A stretch of 64,000 nt of DNA from Bacteroidales bacterium (GCA_021371855.1 JAJFVL010000046.1:161979-225978); one strand, 5' to 3'; numbered from the stretch's first letter, positions 18,701 through 28,293 are shown. Notes: generated by a model not told the origin, from the sequence alone. A program made the numbers and translations.

Positions 18701-19256
18701 TTTTGCAACTGCAACACTATCCGACCTCCAGAACCTTCGGGAATACCTTGACAGAGATGTTGTTGTAGCAGGAATAGTGACTGACACAAGAAACGGGATC
18801 GGGAAAAACGGCAAACCTTACGGGTCATTCACATTACAGGATTATTCCGATTCCTTCCGGTTCATGTTGTTTGATAAAGATTATGTCGAAAACAGTAAAT
18901 TTTTTACTGTAGGCTATTACCTGCTTATTAAGGGCAGAGTTCAGAAAAGGAGATATAAAGAAGAGGAGCTGGAACTTAAGATTAAAACCATAAATCTTCT
19001 ATCGAGTGTAAAGGATGAACTTATTAAATCGGTAACACTTAAGATCGATCCTGCAAATATCAGCAACGAGATGATAAATGAGCTTAAGGAGCTGGTAATT
19101 GAGAACAAAGGTGAAACGGAACTTAAATTTTTATTCATTGACTCTGACGACAAAATCTCACTCCCTATGTTCTCAAGATCATTACGTATCAGACTGAATA
19201 ATGGTTTAATCTCTTATCTCGACGATCATCCTGGTATCGAATATAAAGTTAATTAG
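15750..19256 (+). CDS. dnaE: DNA polymerase III alpha subunit
   Basis: PHP domain HLHVHTQYSILDG, a polymerase core (GPGRGSAAGS, PDIDIDF) and an OB fold. No intein-sized insertion. The start may be MATFTHL at 15771. Confidence 0.95.
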   Translation: MKYFIPKMATFTHLHVHTQYSILDGASSIPSLIDKAKSLGMDSLAITDHGNMFGVKEFHNNAVKKGIKPILGCETYVAKRSVSEVNGKEDRSGDHLILLAKNLTGYKNLIKLISIAWIKGFYYKPRIDKELLTQYKEGLIASSACLAGEIQDEILNGTMAGAEAALKSYLDIFGEDFYLEIQRHETNDPDADRSAFPQQQKVIEAFKKLSVKYNVKIIATNDLHFINAEDAEAHDRLICLNTAKDLDDPDRLRYSKQEYLKSEEEMRAIFSDVPEAIDNVATLVDKIENYKLDRDPIMPDFQLPEGYTDDNEYLRFLTYKGANERWGTLTNEHTDRIDFELATISKMGFPGYFLIVQDFLMAARRMGVSVGPGRGSAAGSVVAFCLRITDIDPLKYGLLFERFLNVDRISMPDIDIDFDEDGRETVLKYVVDKYGHDKVAHIITFGSMAAKMAIRDVARVQKLPLPDAIQLAKLVPDRPGVTLSQAYAEVPELAKERESSNKLVAQTLKYAEVLEGSVRQTGVHACGIIIGKDSLDNYIPLCTAKDTDLYATQYDGSHVESVGLLKMDFLGLKTLSIIKDAVDNIKKSKGIDIDIEELPLDDKKTFELFSNGETTGVFQFESTGMKRYLKELEPNRFEDLIAMNALYRPGPMEYIPKFIRRKHGQEKIDYPLPEMEKYLNDTYGITVYQEQVMLLSQELAGFTKGQADSLRKAMGKKKRSIMDDLKVKYLEGCAKKGHDAATANKIWSDWEAFAQYAFNKSHSTCYALVAFRTGYLKAHYPAEYMAAVLSRNISDIKKITTLMDETRRMGMEVLGPDINESNVKFTVNKDGNIRFGLGAIKGVGESAVLQLIEEREKDGLYKDIFDLVERVNLNSLNKKNLEAMAVAGAFDCFPEISRAQYFSLDTKGSSFIESLIRYGNNAKTVKASSQQSLFGETGGFDIVKPEPTSCPDWPKLEKLNREKEVIGIYLSSHPLDDFKLEISTFATATLSDLQNLREYLDRDVVVAGIVTDTRNGIGKNGKPYGSFTLQDYSDSFRFMLFDKDYVENSKFFTVGYYLLIKGRVQKRRYKEEELELKIKTINLLSSVKDELIKSVTLKIDPANISNEMINELKELVIENKGETELKFLFIDSDDKISLPMFSRSLRIRLNNGLISYLDDHPGIEYKVN

Positions 19257-19257
19257 C

Positions 19258-19265
19258 TATCTTTG
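19258..19265 (+). promoter_or_regulatory. Candidate -7 box (TATCTTTG) for trxA
   Basis: Exact TATCTTTG 45 nt upstream of the trxA ATG. Confidence 0.4.
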
Positions 19266-19309
19266 CGAAAGAAACATATAAATATTATTATTTTAAAATA
19301 TTAACTATC

Positions 19310-19627
19310 ATGGCATTAGAGGTAAATGATGGGAACTTCGATGAAATAGTCGTTAAATCAGCTAAACCGGTTCTTGTTGATTTCTGGGCAGAATGGTGTG
19401 GCCCCTGCAGGATGATTGGTCCGATAATCGAAGAGATCTCAAAAGAGTATTCAGAAAATGTTCTTGTTACAAAATGCGATGTGGATAACAGCCCTGCTAT
19501 TGCTGCCAGGTATGGTATAAGAAACATCCCCACTGTTTTGTTCTTCAAGAATGGGGAAATAGCCGACAAACAGGTTGGTGCTGTTCCAAAGAGTAATTTC
19601 GTTGCTAAGCTTAAAGCTCTCATCTGA
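19310..19627 (+). CDS. trxA: Thioredoxin
   Basis: 105 aa with the WAEWCGPCR active site. Confidence 0.95.
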   Translation: MALEVNDGNFDEIVVKSAKPVLVDFWAEWCGPCRMIGPIIEEISKEYSENVLVTKCDVDNSPAIAARYGIRNIPTVLFFKNGEIADKQVGAVPKSNFVAKLKALI

Positions 19628-19647
19628 AAATCATAATTTATAAATAT

Positions 19648-19677
19648 GGCCGTTCTGTTTATCTTCAACGGCCTTTT
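19648..19677 (+). terminator. Possible intrinsic terminator after trxA
   Basis: GGCCGTT-12 nt-AACGGCC followed by TTTT. The loop is long and the T-tract short. Confidence 0.4.
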
Positions 19678-19688
19678 AATAATCGCCC

Positions 19689-20264
19689 ATGACAATTTGT
19701 GTATTTGCATCTTCCAGCGGCCGTATTAACAATGAATACGCAATAGCAGCTTCGAATCTTGGAATGCTTCTTGCCAGGGCTAATATGGATGTAGTGTACG
19801 GAGGCGGAGGCATTGGACTGATGGGAAAACTGGCTGATGCGGTTCTTGATAATGGTGGTTCCATCACGGGGGTTATACCTTCTTTTATGAAAGACGAAGG
19901 ATGGGATCATCCTAAAGTGACAAAAATGATAATTACTCCCGACATGGGAGAAAGGAAGAGACGGATGTTTGAAATGGCAGATGCTGTTGTCGCTTTGCCC
20001 GGAGGTGTTGGAACACTCGACGAATTGGCAGAAGCAATTACACTTAAGCAACTTGGTCTCTTCAAGGGCCCGATCGTCGTTCTTAATACCCTAGGCTACT
20101 ATAAATCATTTATTGATTTTCTTGGAAACATGATATCAGGTCATTTCCTCAGGTATGAACATGAAGGTATGTGGGAGATAGCTGATACCCCCGACGAAGT
20201 ACTGGGTCATCTTGTAAAAAATAAGGAGTGGATCCAAGATCCCAGGAGTATTGCCAGAATTTAA
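19689..20264 (+). CDS. LOG family / TIGR00730 Rossmann-fold nucleotide phosphoribohydrolase
   Basis: YGGGGIGLMG and PGGVGTLDE motifs. Confidence 0.85.
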   Translation: MTICVFASSSGRINNEYAIAASNLGMLLARANMDVVYGGGGIGLMGKLADAVLDNGGSITGVIPSFMKDEGWDHPKVTKMIITPDMGERKRRMFEMADAVVALPGGVGTLDELAEAITLKQLGLFKGPIVVLNTLGYYKSFIDFLGNMISGHFLRYEHEGMWEIADTPDEVLGHLVKNKEWIQDPRSIARI

Positions 20265-23200
20265 TTTTCCGGTATCCTGCTTCCGATAAACAGGATGTCA
20301 TCAACCTGACCGCGGTTCCCTTTCCAATCCAGAATTACCGTTTCGAGCCTTTCTTTTTGCTCCTGCATAGGAAGATCCCAAATTTGCGAAAGTATTTTTT
20401 TAATATTTCCCGATTTAAACTTCTTCCCTTCAGCAGATCCAAACTGATCGGCATAACCATCGGAACACATATATATCATATCTCCGGGTTGTATTTCGAC
20501 AGACTGGTTGGTAAAGTTTTTCTTTTCATCCATTGTTGTCATCCCTATCGGGAATCTGTCAGCTTTATAGACAAATACCTCACCTTTCCTTACTACATAT
20601 AGAGGATTATACGCTCCCGCGTATTCAAGAGTACAATTCTTCCTGTTAAAAGCCACAAGGGCAAGGTCCATGCCATCGTTAATACATTTTTCATGCCGTT
20701 GTAAAAGGGCTTTCATAACTTCAATATTGAGCTGATCAATAATTGCAGAAGGCCTTGTAAGTCCATATTCCCTGACGACTTTGTTCAAAGAGTTATGCCC
20801 TATAATAGACATAAAAGCGCCTGGTACTCCATGGCCGGTGCAATCTACCGCGGCAATGAATTGCCAGTCGCCATAACCGTACATCCAGTAAAAATCACCG
20901 CTCACAATGTCTTTTGGAAGAAACAGGACAAATGTCTCTTTGAATGTATCTTCACGTGGAAGCATCGCCCTTTGAATACGTTCAGCATATCTGATGCTTG
21001 CAGTAATATCCTTGTTTTTCTCTTCAATCTCCATACTTTTCTGAACAACCTCTGCTGTTCTTTCTTTTACCTTTTCCTCCAATACTATCTTCTCTTTTAT
21101 AAGGTTTTGCTCCCTGATATTGATATAAGCTATGATAATAACAACAATCATAATTAACGCGAACATAATAAACCACCATGTCAAGTAGAAAGGAGGTTTT
21201 ATTATAAAGCTGAAAGATACCGGTTTACTGTTCCAGATCCCCTGACTGTTATTGGCCAATACCATAAATTTATATTTCCCTGAAGGCAGGCCGGAGTATA
21301 TCACCCTGGTCTGGTCGGTTACCGGCTGCCAGTTTTCATCGGCACCTTCAAGCTTTATCCTGTATCGCACAACATCAGGATTGGTAAGGCAGATGCTGTA
21401 ATAATCGAATAGTATAGAATTTTGAAAATATTTAAGCTTCATACCGGGAATCATAATATGCGATTCATAGTTTACACGCATATTCATTATATGCGTTAAG
21501 GGTTCAAGCTCCTCGGTAGAAGTCTTATCAGGAATAAGCTGAGTGGCACCATTTGCAGTACCAAACCACAAATCGCCTGCAGAGCATTTATACACTGCAT
21601 TTTGTTTCGTTTCAATTCCTGAAAATCCGTTTTTCTGAGTGTACGAAAAGATCCTTTTGCTTTCGGGGAAATACCTGTTTAAACCGTTATTTGTGCCAAT
21701 ATAAATACTGCCGTCTTCACCTGTAGCAAGAAGATTAATATTATTTGACAGAAGCCCGTCATCCTGTGTCACAATCGAGATTATCGAATCGTTTCTGAAC
21801 GAAATCAGCCCCTCTCCCGTTCCGATCCACAGAGTACCTTTGGCATCCATAACCATTGTTTTAGGAGTTATGCCTGAGAAAGCTGATACCGGTTTAAATC
21901 TTTTTGTTACTGCGTTGTATTTAATCAGGACCGGTTTAATTCCTCTGGGTTCCGTTCCTATCCACATATTGCCGTTCGGATCGCAATAAAGACTTTTTAT
22001 TTCAGATACTGTCAGACTATCCATGAGAGTGTACCTCTGGAAATTTTCTTCATTTATAGTCCCTACTGCAACTCCTTCAACAGTTCCTATCCAGAGATTA
22101 TTCTGCTTGTCAATTTCCATCGCCTTTACCTGCCCTCCACGGTAAAGAATTGAGTTGATATATGGCTGAGCTTCAAACCGGGAAGTTTTCATATTATACA
22201 TGATCACTCCTCCCTCGTCTGCACCAATCCATAAATTACCGTCATGGTCTTCTCTGAAAAACCTTATGTCTTCAAAAATTGCATTATTAGCCTTATTATA
22301 AATTACCGGTTTTTCATCCGATCCAATCAGATAGCGGGATATGCCTGCATTTGTCCCAAACCATAAAGCGCCTGATTTATCCTGGTAAATTGCATTGACA
22401 TTCGGATCGGGAAGAATCTCTTTTTCATTAATTGTAACAAATGCATCGCCTTTGAAGATCGTAAGACCGTTATCCTGATCGGCAATAAGAATATTGCCTT
22501 CAACATCTTCAATAATATCATATATCCGTGAAGGTTTCAGTCCGTTCTCAGCATTGAACTTACGAAGAATGCCGCCATCATAAACAGCTACTCCACCTTC
22601 CCAGGTACCTATCCACATTCGACCTTTCCTGTCCTCTGCCAGGCATGTTATCCAGTTGCTTGCCACACCAGACTTTGGAAGATCTATTACCTCCATCCTG
22701 CTTTGTGACATTATGTACTTATAGATGCCTCCGTTATATGTTCCAAACCAGATGTTCCCTTCATGGTCCTCAAGAAGACATGTTGAATTAAAATAGGTCG
22801 TCATATGAGGCATCCTGTAGATCTCAAATTTATTCTCCTCCGCATTATACCGCCTTAAGCCAACATCAGCAATACATATTAATGATCCATCCCGATTTGC
22901 ATTTGCCCCAAAAACCTGGTCGCTAAGACCATTCTTCCCCCTGAATTGTTTTGCTTTAATATGCTTAATGTCATTTATCGGAAACTCCGATAAAATTGCT
23001 CCGTCATAAGAAGAAGTAAACCATATTTTATCTTTAATCTGGACAATGCCGGTAACATCCCCCGTGATCATCAGTGAATCAAAAGCTGCCTGTTCAAAAT
23101 TCTGTCCGTTATAACGGGAGATCCCTCCATTAAGATGTCCAAACCAGATATAACCAAGTGAATCTTCGAAAATAGATTTTACCCCTCCTGTTGCAAGTTT

Positions 23201-23449
23201 GTTGCGTGAAGTGAAGTTTTCAAACCTCCTGCCGTCAAACCGGGATACTCCGTTAGCGGTTCCAAGCCAGATATAATCTTTTGAATCCTGAAGGAGAGTG
23301 TAAACCTTCTGTTCACTTAATCCCTGTTTAACGCCATAATTATCAAAAAAGTACTTCTGGGCTTTTACCGGTAAAAATGTGAAGGGCAATAAAAGTATAA
23401 GCCAGACAATTGATTTTGCCTGGCATTTAATTCCGGTTATAACTGGCAT
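20261..23449 (-). CDS. Periplasmic beta-propeller (Reg_prop repeats) plus Y_Y_Y sensor, single TM, cytoplasmic PP2C/SpoIIE phosphatase
   Basis: N-terminal signal anchor. Many W(F/I)GT..G(L/V)..(Y/F) propeller repeats. Y_Y_Y block YRIKLEGADENWQPV...GKYKF. TM helix WWFIMFALIMIVVIIIAYINI. Coiled coil, then SGDFYW and DCTGHGVPGAFMS PP2C motifs. Confidence 0.85.
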   Translation of the reverse strand: MPVITGIKCQAKSIVWLILLLPFTFLPVKAQKYFFDNYGVKQGLSEQKVYTLLQDSKDYIWLGTANGVSRFDGRRFENFTSRNKLATGGVKSIFEDSLGYIWFGHLNGGISRYNGQNFEQAAFDSLMITGDVTGIVQIKDKIWFTSSYDGAILSEFPINDIKHIKAKQFRGKNGLSDQVFGANANRDGSLICIADVGLRRYNAEENKFEIYRMPHMTTYFNSTCLLEDHEGNIWFGTYNGGIYKYIMSQSRMEVIDLPKSGVASNWITCLAEDRKGRMWIGTWEGGVAVYDGGILRKFNAENGLKPSRIYDIIEDVEGNILIADQDNGLTIFKGDAFVTINEKEILPDPNVNAIYQDKSGALWFGTNAGISRYLIGSDEKPVIYNKANNAIFEDIRFFREDHDGNLWIGADEGGVIMYNMKTSRFEAQPYINSILYRGGQVKAMEIDKQNNLWIGTVEGVAVGTINEENFQRYTLMDSLTVSEIKSLYCDPNGNMWIGTEPRGIKPVLIKYNAVTKRFKPVSAFSGITPKTMVMDAKGTLWIGTGEGLISFRNDSIISIVTQDDGLLSNNINLLATGEDGSIYIGTNNGLNRYFPESKRIFSYTQKNGFSGIETKQNAVYKCSAGDLWFGTANGATQLIPDKTSTEELEPLTHIMNMRVNYESHIMIPGMKLKYFQNSILFDYYSICLTNPDVVRYRIKLEGADENWQPVTDQTRVIYSGLPSGKYKFMVLANNSQGIWNSKPVSFSFIIKPPFYLTWWFIMFALIMIVVIIIAYINIREQNLIKEKIVLEEKVKERTAEVVQKSMEIEEKNKDITASIRYAERIQRAMLPREDTFKETFVLFLPKDIVSGDFYWMYGYGDWQFIAAVDCTGHGVPGAFMSIIGHNSLNKVVREYGLTRPSAIIDQLNIEVMKALLQRHEKCINDGMDLALVAFNRKNCTLEYAGAYNPLYVVRKGEVFVYKADRFPIGMTTMDEKKNFTNQSVEIQPGDMIYMCSDGYADQFGSAEGKKFKSGNIKKILSQIWDLPMQEQKERLETVILDWKGNRGQVDDILFIGSRIPEN

Positions 23450-23456
23450 ACAATTC

Positions 23457-25793
23457 CTATTTGGTTATAAAGAAGAATGTTCCGTTCATGTCCTCCAATC
23501 CCTGAATCAGACCAAATTTTGGTTTTTGCCCGGTTTCAGTATTAACTGCAGCTGTCACCGATTTAACAACTGTTTCAATAGGTATACATGCATTTTTATT
23601 ATTCATCAGAGTATTGGCAAATGTGGAAGTAAACTTAGAATTATCCACAGCAATCTCATAGCCTGCGGATGAGAAAACCTGTGCTGACCTTGCTCCTGCG
23701 ACTATACTATTATCACATTTCGGTTCATCATAAGCGGAACGCATTGCTGTATAAAAGCCGGGACCTGATTCGCATGCATCTGAAATAACAAGAGTATGAA
23801 CAACTACATCACCATAACCCTGCAATCCTGCCTTCAAAGCATTTATATTGAAATAGGTGAACTCATCGTCCCTTTTTGCATCGACCGGGATCCAATAACC
23901 AACGTCATTTATAAATTTGCCATGGCCGGCATACCATATCAGTAATGACTTAACCTGGTTCTTTTTTACCAGGTCGCGGAGCTCAATATTAAAAAACTTC
24001 TCCATCTCGGCCTTTGTCATATCTTTTTTATGAATGATGTTATTTATCTGATAATTTGCGAGAGCCCTCTGCATTGTACTTACATCTTTTATTGGCCCGT
24101 CGAGACTGGCAAAAGTTTCATAACTTGAATTTTCGACAAATACTACCCAGGTCTTACCCATTGGATTATTTGTCGCAATTGATGCACCTTCTCTGTTAAG
24201 AACAAATTCACTCTCCTTCTTATTTCCATAAATATCTTCAGCAACTACAGTAAATTTTTCGATATTCGAAATATTGAGAATCGCAGAAAACACAGGATTG
24301 AATTCATCCCGTCTGTAACTTGCCGTAACATCACCAATAGTAATTGATTTTATCTGGCTTTCATCCGAAATTTTTCCCTGTATTGCTATGTTTGGAGTCG
24401 GAGAATCAAGAAAAACCTGTCCGTCTTCAGATGTATAAGGAGCAACAAGGCTGATCAACGGCGGATTAATTTCTGACCGGGTAATGGAATAATTCAAAGT
24501 TTTCTGATTGTCATAATCGTCAATTGCAACTACTGAAAGTTTATCAATTCCTTCCACATTAACATTTGATAAGAATTCATATTCATCGTTTTTCTGTGCT
24601 ATAGTAGCAGATTCGTTATTTATCAGAAATGATTTTATTTTGCTTTTATCCTTAATCTTGCCTGTAATAAGTATGGATGTTTTATCACCCCTGATCTCAA
24701 TAATATTGTTTACCGGGGCCGGGCTGATAAGCGTTACCTCCGGGGCAACATTTTCCCTGTTTATTTCATATAGCCTGGCTTGTGCATCTTTCATCATTTT
24801 CCGGGCTTTCATATCAAACTCTGAAAGGACAGTGATTTTATTATAGTCGTCCACTGCTTTGTCAAAATTCATGATCTCTTCGTACGATTTAGCCCTTGAA
24901 AAATATGCTTCAGGGTCATCAGCTTTTAATGAAATATATTTTGAGAAATCAGCTATCGCATTTGTATGCTGGCTGAATTCCTGATAATAAGTCCCTCTTA
25001 AAAGGTAAAAATCAGGATTCGAAGGATTAATCAGTATGTTCTTGGAGAGATCATCTATGGCATTCGGATAATCAAGGTTATGCCTGTAAACTTTACTCCT
25101 CATGAGATATGCTTCAGTGCTCCTGGCATCATTCCTGATTACTTCATTGCACTGGTTCATGGCTTCCTGAGGGTCAGAAGTAATAATAAGGTCGGCAAGA
25201 GCAAGCCTGGGGTCAGGCAGTCTTTTGTCTTTTGAAATAGCTTTTTCAAATTCTTTTTTTGCAAGCACATCGTTATTCAGTTTTTTGTAAACGACACCCC
25301 TGTAATAATAGTCCATCGGAGTATCCTTAATAATAAGAGCCGTATCAGATGCTTTAAGAGCCTGGTCGTACTTTTCAAGGCCGATGAAGGTGATGACCTT
25401 TGGAGAATACACACCTGAATTACGCTTATCAAGAGTTGAAGCATGGTTAAGAAACCTGAGAGCCTCCTCATAGTTACCTTTCTTGTTATAAACCACACCA
25501 AGCCTGATCATTGCATCAACATTCTTTGGTGAAAAAACAATTACCTTTTCATAATCGACTTTAGCCTCATCGTATTTTAAGAGACTCTCATAAGCCTGGC
25601 CCCTCGCATAATAATAGTCAGGATTAGTAGGTTCCAGACCTATTGCACTTGTGAACTGGGTTATGGCGTCATCATATTTCATATTCTCCCGGAATTCGAC
25701 TCCTGCTTTGTAATACTTCCTTGCACTCTGCCCGGATGTATTTATTGATATCAGGACCATCATTATTGCCATAAAACAGGTACTCTTCTTCAT
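23457..25793 (-). CDS. Exported TPR-repeat protein with two Ig-like repeats and a C-terminal caspase-like (peptidase C14) domain
   Basis: Signal peptide and about 8 TPR units (residues about 30-330). Two repeats of about 90 aa follow (...ITGKIKDKSKIKSF... and ...IQGKISDESQIKSI...). The C14 catalytic dyad is present in context: LLIWYAGHG and LVISDACESG. Confidence 0.8.
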   Translation of the reverse strand: MKKSTCFMAIMMVLISINTSGQSARKYYKAGVEFRENMKYDDAITQFTSAIGLEPTNPDYYYARGQAYESLLKYDEAKVDYEKVIVFSPKNVDAMIRLGVVYNKKGNYEEALRFLNHASTLDKRNSGVYSPKVITFIGLEKYDQALKASDTALIIKDTPMDYYYRGVVYKKLNNDVLAKKEFEKAISKDKRLPDPRLALADLIITSDPQEAMNQCNEVIRNDARSTEAYLMRSKVYRHNLDYPNAIDDLSKNILINPSNPDFYLLRGTYYQEFSQHTNAIADFSKYISLKADDPEAYFSRAKSYEEIMNFDKAVDDYNKITVLSEFDMKARKMMKDAQARLYEINRENVAPEVTLISPAPVNNIIEIRGDKTSILITGKIKDKSKIKSFLINNESATIAQKNDEYEFLSNVNVEGIDKLSVVAIDDYDNQKTLNYSITRSEINPPLISLVAPYTSEDGQVFLDSPTPNIAIQGKISDESQIKSITIGDVTASYRRDEFNPVFSAILNISNIEKFTVVAEDIYGNKKESEFVLNREGASIATNNPMGKTWVVFVENSSYETFASLDGPIKDVSTMQRALANYQINNIIHKKDMTKAEMEKFFNIELRDLVKKNQVKSLLIWYAGHGKFINDVGYWIPVDAKRDDEFTYFNINALKAGLQGYGDVVVHTLVISDACESGPGFYTAMRSAYDEPKCDNSIVAGARSAQVFSSAGYEIAVDNSKFTSTFANTLMNNKNACIPIETVVKSVTAAVNTETGQKPKFGLIQGLEDMNGTFFFITK

Positions 25794-25871
25794 AGCGGTA
25801 TATAAATTAAAATCTTACTTTAATAATCAAAAATAGAAAAATATATTGGAAATACCAACCATTGATAAAAC

Positions 25872-26927
25872 CTAACTCCCATCATTTAAATATATTCCGA
25901 GGGAACTCCCGTCGAAATTTGTTGCTGAAAACATTTTCCCTTTAATAACAGGGGCTTTTATTCCCTCATTAAAACAGGTCCGACCGGTAAAGATTCTTGC
26001 TTCATCCCATAATCCGGTTGAAATAAAATGGTTCAGCACCTTTGCTCCTCCTTCAACTAACAGTGATTGAATTCCTTCCTTGAACAGGTATTCTGCAATC
26101 TGGATGGAGGCAGGAATATCACCTGCCAATTTAACTTTTATAGCACCGGGGATATTTGAATCCATATTGCCGGTGAATACAAAAAGTGTCCTGTTTGTTT
26201 CATTAAGAGCTAATTCCTTATTAAGATTCCCTGAATTGCTAAGAATTATTTTTATCGGATCAGTACCTGCCCAGTATCTTACATTTAACTTTGGATTATC
26301 TGTTCTTACAGTTCCTGCACCCACCAAAATGGCTTGTTCATACGATCTCCATTTATGAACCAGTACTCTCTCAGGTTTACCCGATATCCACGTCGGCCCG
26401 GTTTTAGCATTGTCAGACCGTTTGATATCCAGATATCCATCAGCGCTCTGTGCCCATTTCAGAGTAATATATGGCCTCTCCTTTTCATTAAAAGTAAAAA
26501 ACCTCCTGTTGAGTCTCCTGCAATCCTCTTCAACCACTCCGCAAATGACTTCACGACCTGCAGCTCTGAGCTTATCCAGTCCTTTCCCTGATACTTTTGC
26601 ACTCGTATCAATTGTGCCGACCACTACTCTTGGGATTGCTTCAGAAACAATAAGATCTGCACATGGAGGGGTTCGCCCAAAATGTGAACACGGCTCAAGA
26701 TTTACATATAGTGTCGAAGATTTTAATTTCCCTTTATCGGCAACGGAATTTATAGCATTGACCTCTGCATGGGCTTCTCCAGCCCTCAGATGGTAGCCTT
26801 CACCCACAATTTTTCCTTCATGCACTATGACAGAACCGACCAACGGATTCGGATAAGTCAGACCTTCAGCCCTGGACGCAAGTTCCAGACATCTTTTCAT
26901 GAATTTAATATCATCTTTCTCTGTCAT
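25872..26927 (-). CDS. ribD: Bifunctional riboflavin biosynthesis deaminase/reductase RibD
   Basis: HAEVNA and PCSHFGRTPPC deaminase zinc motifs, plus a C-terminal reductase domain. Confidence 0.95.
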   Translation of the reverse strand: MTEKDDIKFMKRCLELASRAEGLTYPNPLVGSVIVHEGKIVGEGYHLRAGEAHAEVNAINSVADKGKLKSSTLYVNLEPCSHFGRTPPCADLIVSEAIPRVVVGTIDTSAKVSGKGLDKLRAAGREVICGVVEEDCRRLNRRFFTFNEKERPYITLKWAQSADGYLDIKRSDNAKTGPTWISGKPERVLVHKWRSYEQAILVGAGTVRTDNPKLNVRYWAGTDPIKIILSNSGNLNKELALNETNRTLFVFTGNMDSNIPGAIKVKLAGDIPASIQIAEYLFKEGIQSLLVEGGAKVLNHFISTGLWDEARIFTGRTCFNEGIKAPVIKGKMFSATNFDGSSLGIYLNDGS

Positions 26928-26953
26928 TTCTTCGAAAATACTAAATTTGACTT

Positions 26954-27820
26954 ATGGCTGTCAATATACAAACAATAAAAGATATCAGACTTTATCTTGC
27001 AAAGGAACTTGGTGATATTTACCAGGAACCTGAAATAAATGCCATTTCCAATATAATTATTAAGACTGTTTTTAATGTTAAGAAGTTGCATCAGCTTTAT
27101 CTTACTGGGCAGACTGTCAACAACCAGCAGGCAGAAAGGATTATTGGAATATGCAAAGAACTGAAAACAGGGAAACCAGTCCAATATGTCCTGGGGGAAA
27201 CAAGCTTTTATGATTGCACAATCAAATTAAACAGCTACACTCTGATTCCTCGTCCCGAGACAGAAGAACTGGTCGATCTTCTTGTCAGGGAAAACAAGGG
27301 TTTCCATGGAAATATCATTGACTTCGGAACAGGTTCGGGGTGTATAGCAATTGCCGTTGCTGCAAACCTGCCCGGTTCGGAAGTAACAGGGATAGATATC
27401 TCTGAAGAGGCTATCAGCGTAGCCCATGAAAATGCATTGTTAAACAATGTGGCAGTCAGATTTGTGAAGGGGGATATCTTCAACTTTGATCATAACATCG
27501 TAAAAAGATCCGGGATCATTGTCAGCAATCCGCCTTATGTCCGCAACTCCGAAAAACAATTCATGAGCAAAAATGTACTTGACTTTGAACCCCCGGCAGC
27601 TTTGTTTGTACCAGACTCCGATCCCCTCTTATATTATCGCACAATACTTAAACTGGCTGTAAGTATCCTTTTACCCTCAGGCAAGGTCTATTTTGAGATA
27701 AATGAGTCCCTGGGAAACCAGATGTTTCAGTTAATTGAATTGTCGGGATATTCCGGAATAAAGATCATTAAGGACATTAACGGGAAAGATAGAATTATTA
27801 CAGGAACAAAAAATGAGTGA
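26954..27820 (+). CDS. prmC: Release-factor glutamine N5-methyltransferase
   Basis: DFGTGSGCIAIA SAM motif and the SNPPY catalytic motif. Confidence 0.9.
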   Translation: MAVNIQTIKDIRLYLAKELGDIYQEPEINAISNIIIKTVFNVKKLHQLYLTGQTVNNQQAERIIGICKELKTGKPVQYVLGETSFYDCTIKLNSYTLIPRPETEELVDLLVRENKGFHGNIIDFGTGSGCIAIAVAANLPGSEVTGIDISEEAISVAHENALLNNVAVRFVKGDIFNFDHNIVKRSGIIVSNPPYVRNSEKQFMSKNVLDFEPPAALFVPDSDPLLYYRTILKLAVSILLPSGKVYFEINESLGNQMFQLIELSGYSGIKIIKDINGKDRIITGTKNE

Positions 27821-28280
27821 GAACGAACTCTTCAAAGCTGCTCTGTCGAAAGCTATGGCTCAGTGTTCACGCAGGGAATTCTGTCGTGATGATATCATCA
27901 GTAAACTGCACTTATGGGGTGTGGAGAACAATGATGCGGCAAAGATTATCAGTATTCTTATCAAAGAAAATTTCATCAATGAATCGCGTTATGCTCTGGC
28001 TTTTGTCAGAGATAAATTCAGATACAACAAGTGGGGAAAAGTAAAAATAACCGCCCACCTTAAAACAAAGAACATCTCTTCCGAAACAATAAAATCGGCG
28101 CTTGATTCAATTGATAATGAATCATATGTCAAATTTATTAAGGATAATATTTCAAGTCACAGAAAATCAGTCAGGGCAAAAAACCAGTACGATCTTAAAG
28201 CTAAATTGCTGAGATACGGATTGTCAAAGGGTTTTGAAAGCAATATTTTGTACGACATTTTGAATGACCTGGAAGATTGA
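27813..28280 (+). CDS. recX: Recombination regulator RecX
   Basis: 155-aa three-repeat helical protein with a RecX-like N-terminus (QCSRREFCRDDIISKL). It overlaps the prmC stop by 8 nt. Confidence 0.7.
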   Translation: MSENELFKAALSKAMAQCSRREFCRDDIISKLHLWGVENNDAAKIISILIKENFINESRYALAFVRDKFRYNKWGKVKITAHLKTKNISSETIKSALDSIDNESYVKFIKDNISSHRKSVRAKNQYDLKAKLLRYGLSKGFESNILYDILNDLED

Positions 28281-28293
28281 AGGTTCTATAAAG
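28200..28293 (+). repeat. Direct repeat copy 1 (authentic 3' end of recX plus 13 nt downstream)
   Basis: The 94 nt GCTAAATTGCTGAGATACGG...GAAGATTGAAGGTTCTATAAAG recur at 28405..28499. Confidence 0.9.

Noticed and set aside
19288-20051. Two minus-strand ORFs (140 aa and 128 aa) overlapping trxA and the LOG gene
   Set aside because: Both lie antisense to genes with unambiguous active-site motifs (WCGPC, PGGVGTLDE). They have no recognisable features.
20261-20264. Convergent LOG and PP2C genes share overlapping stop codons (TTAA) with no terminator between them
   Set aside because: It is real in the sequence, but such compact convergent ends are common. There is no evidence of regulatory significance.
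25794-26953. Looked for an FMN riboswitch upstream of ribD
   Set aside because: ribD starts at 26927 and the divergent prmC starts at 26954. A 26-nt gap cannot hold an RFN element of about 150 nt.
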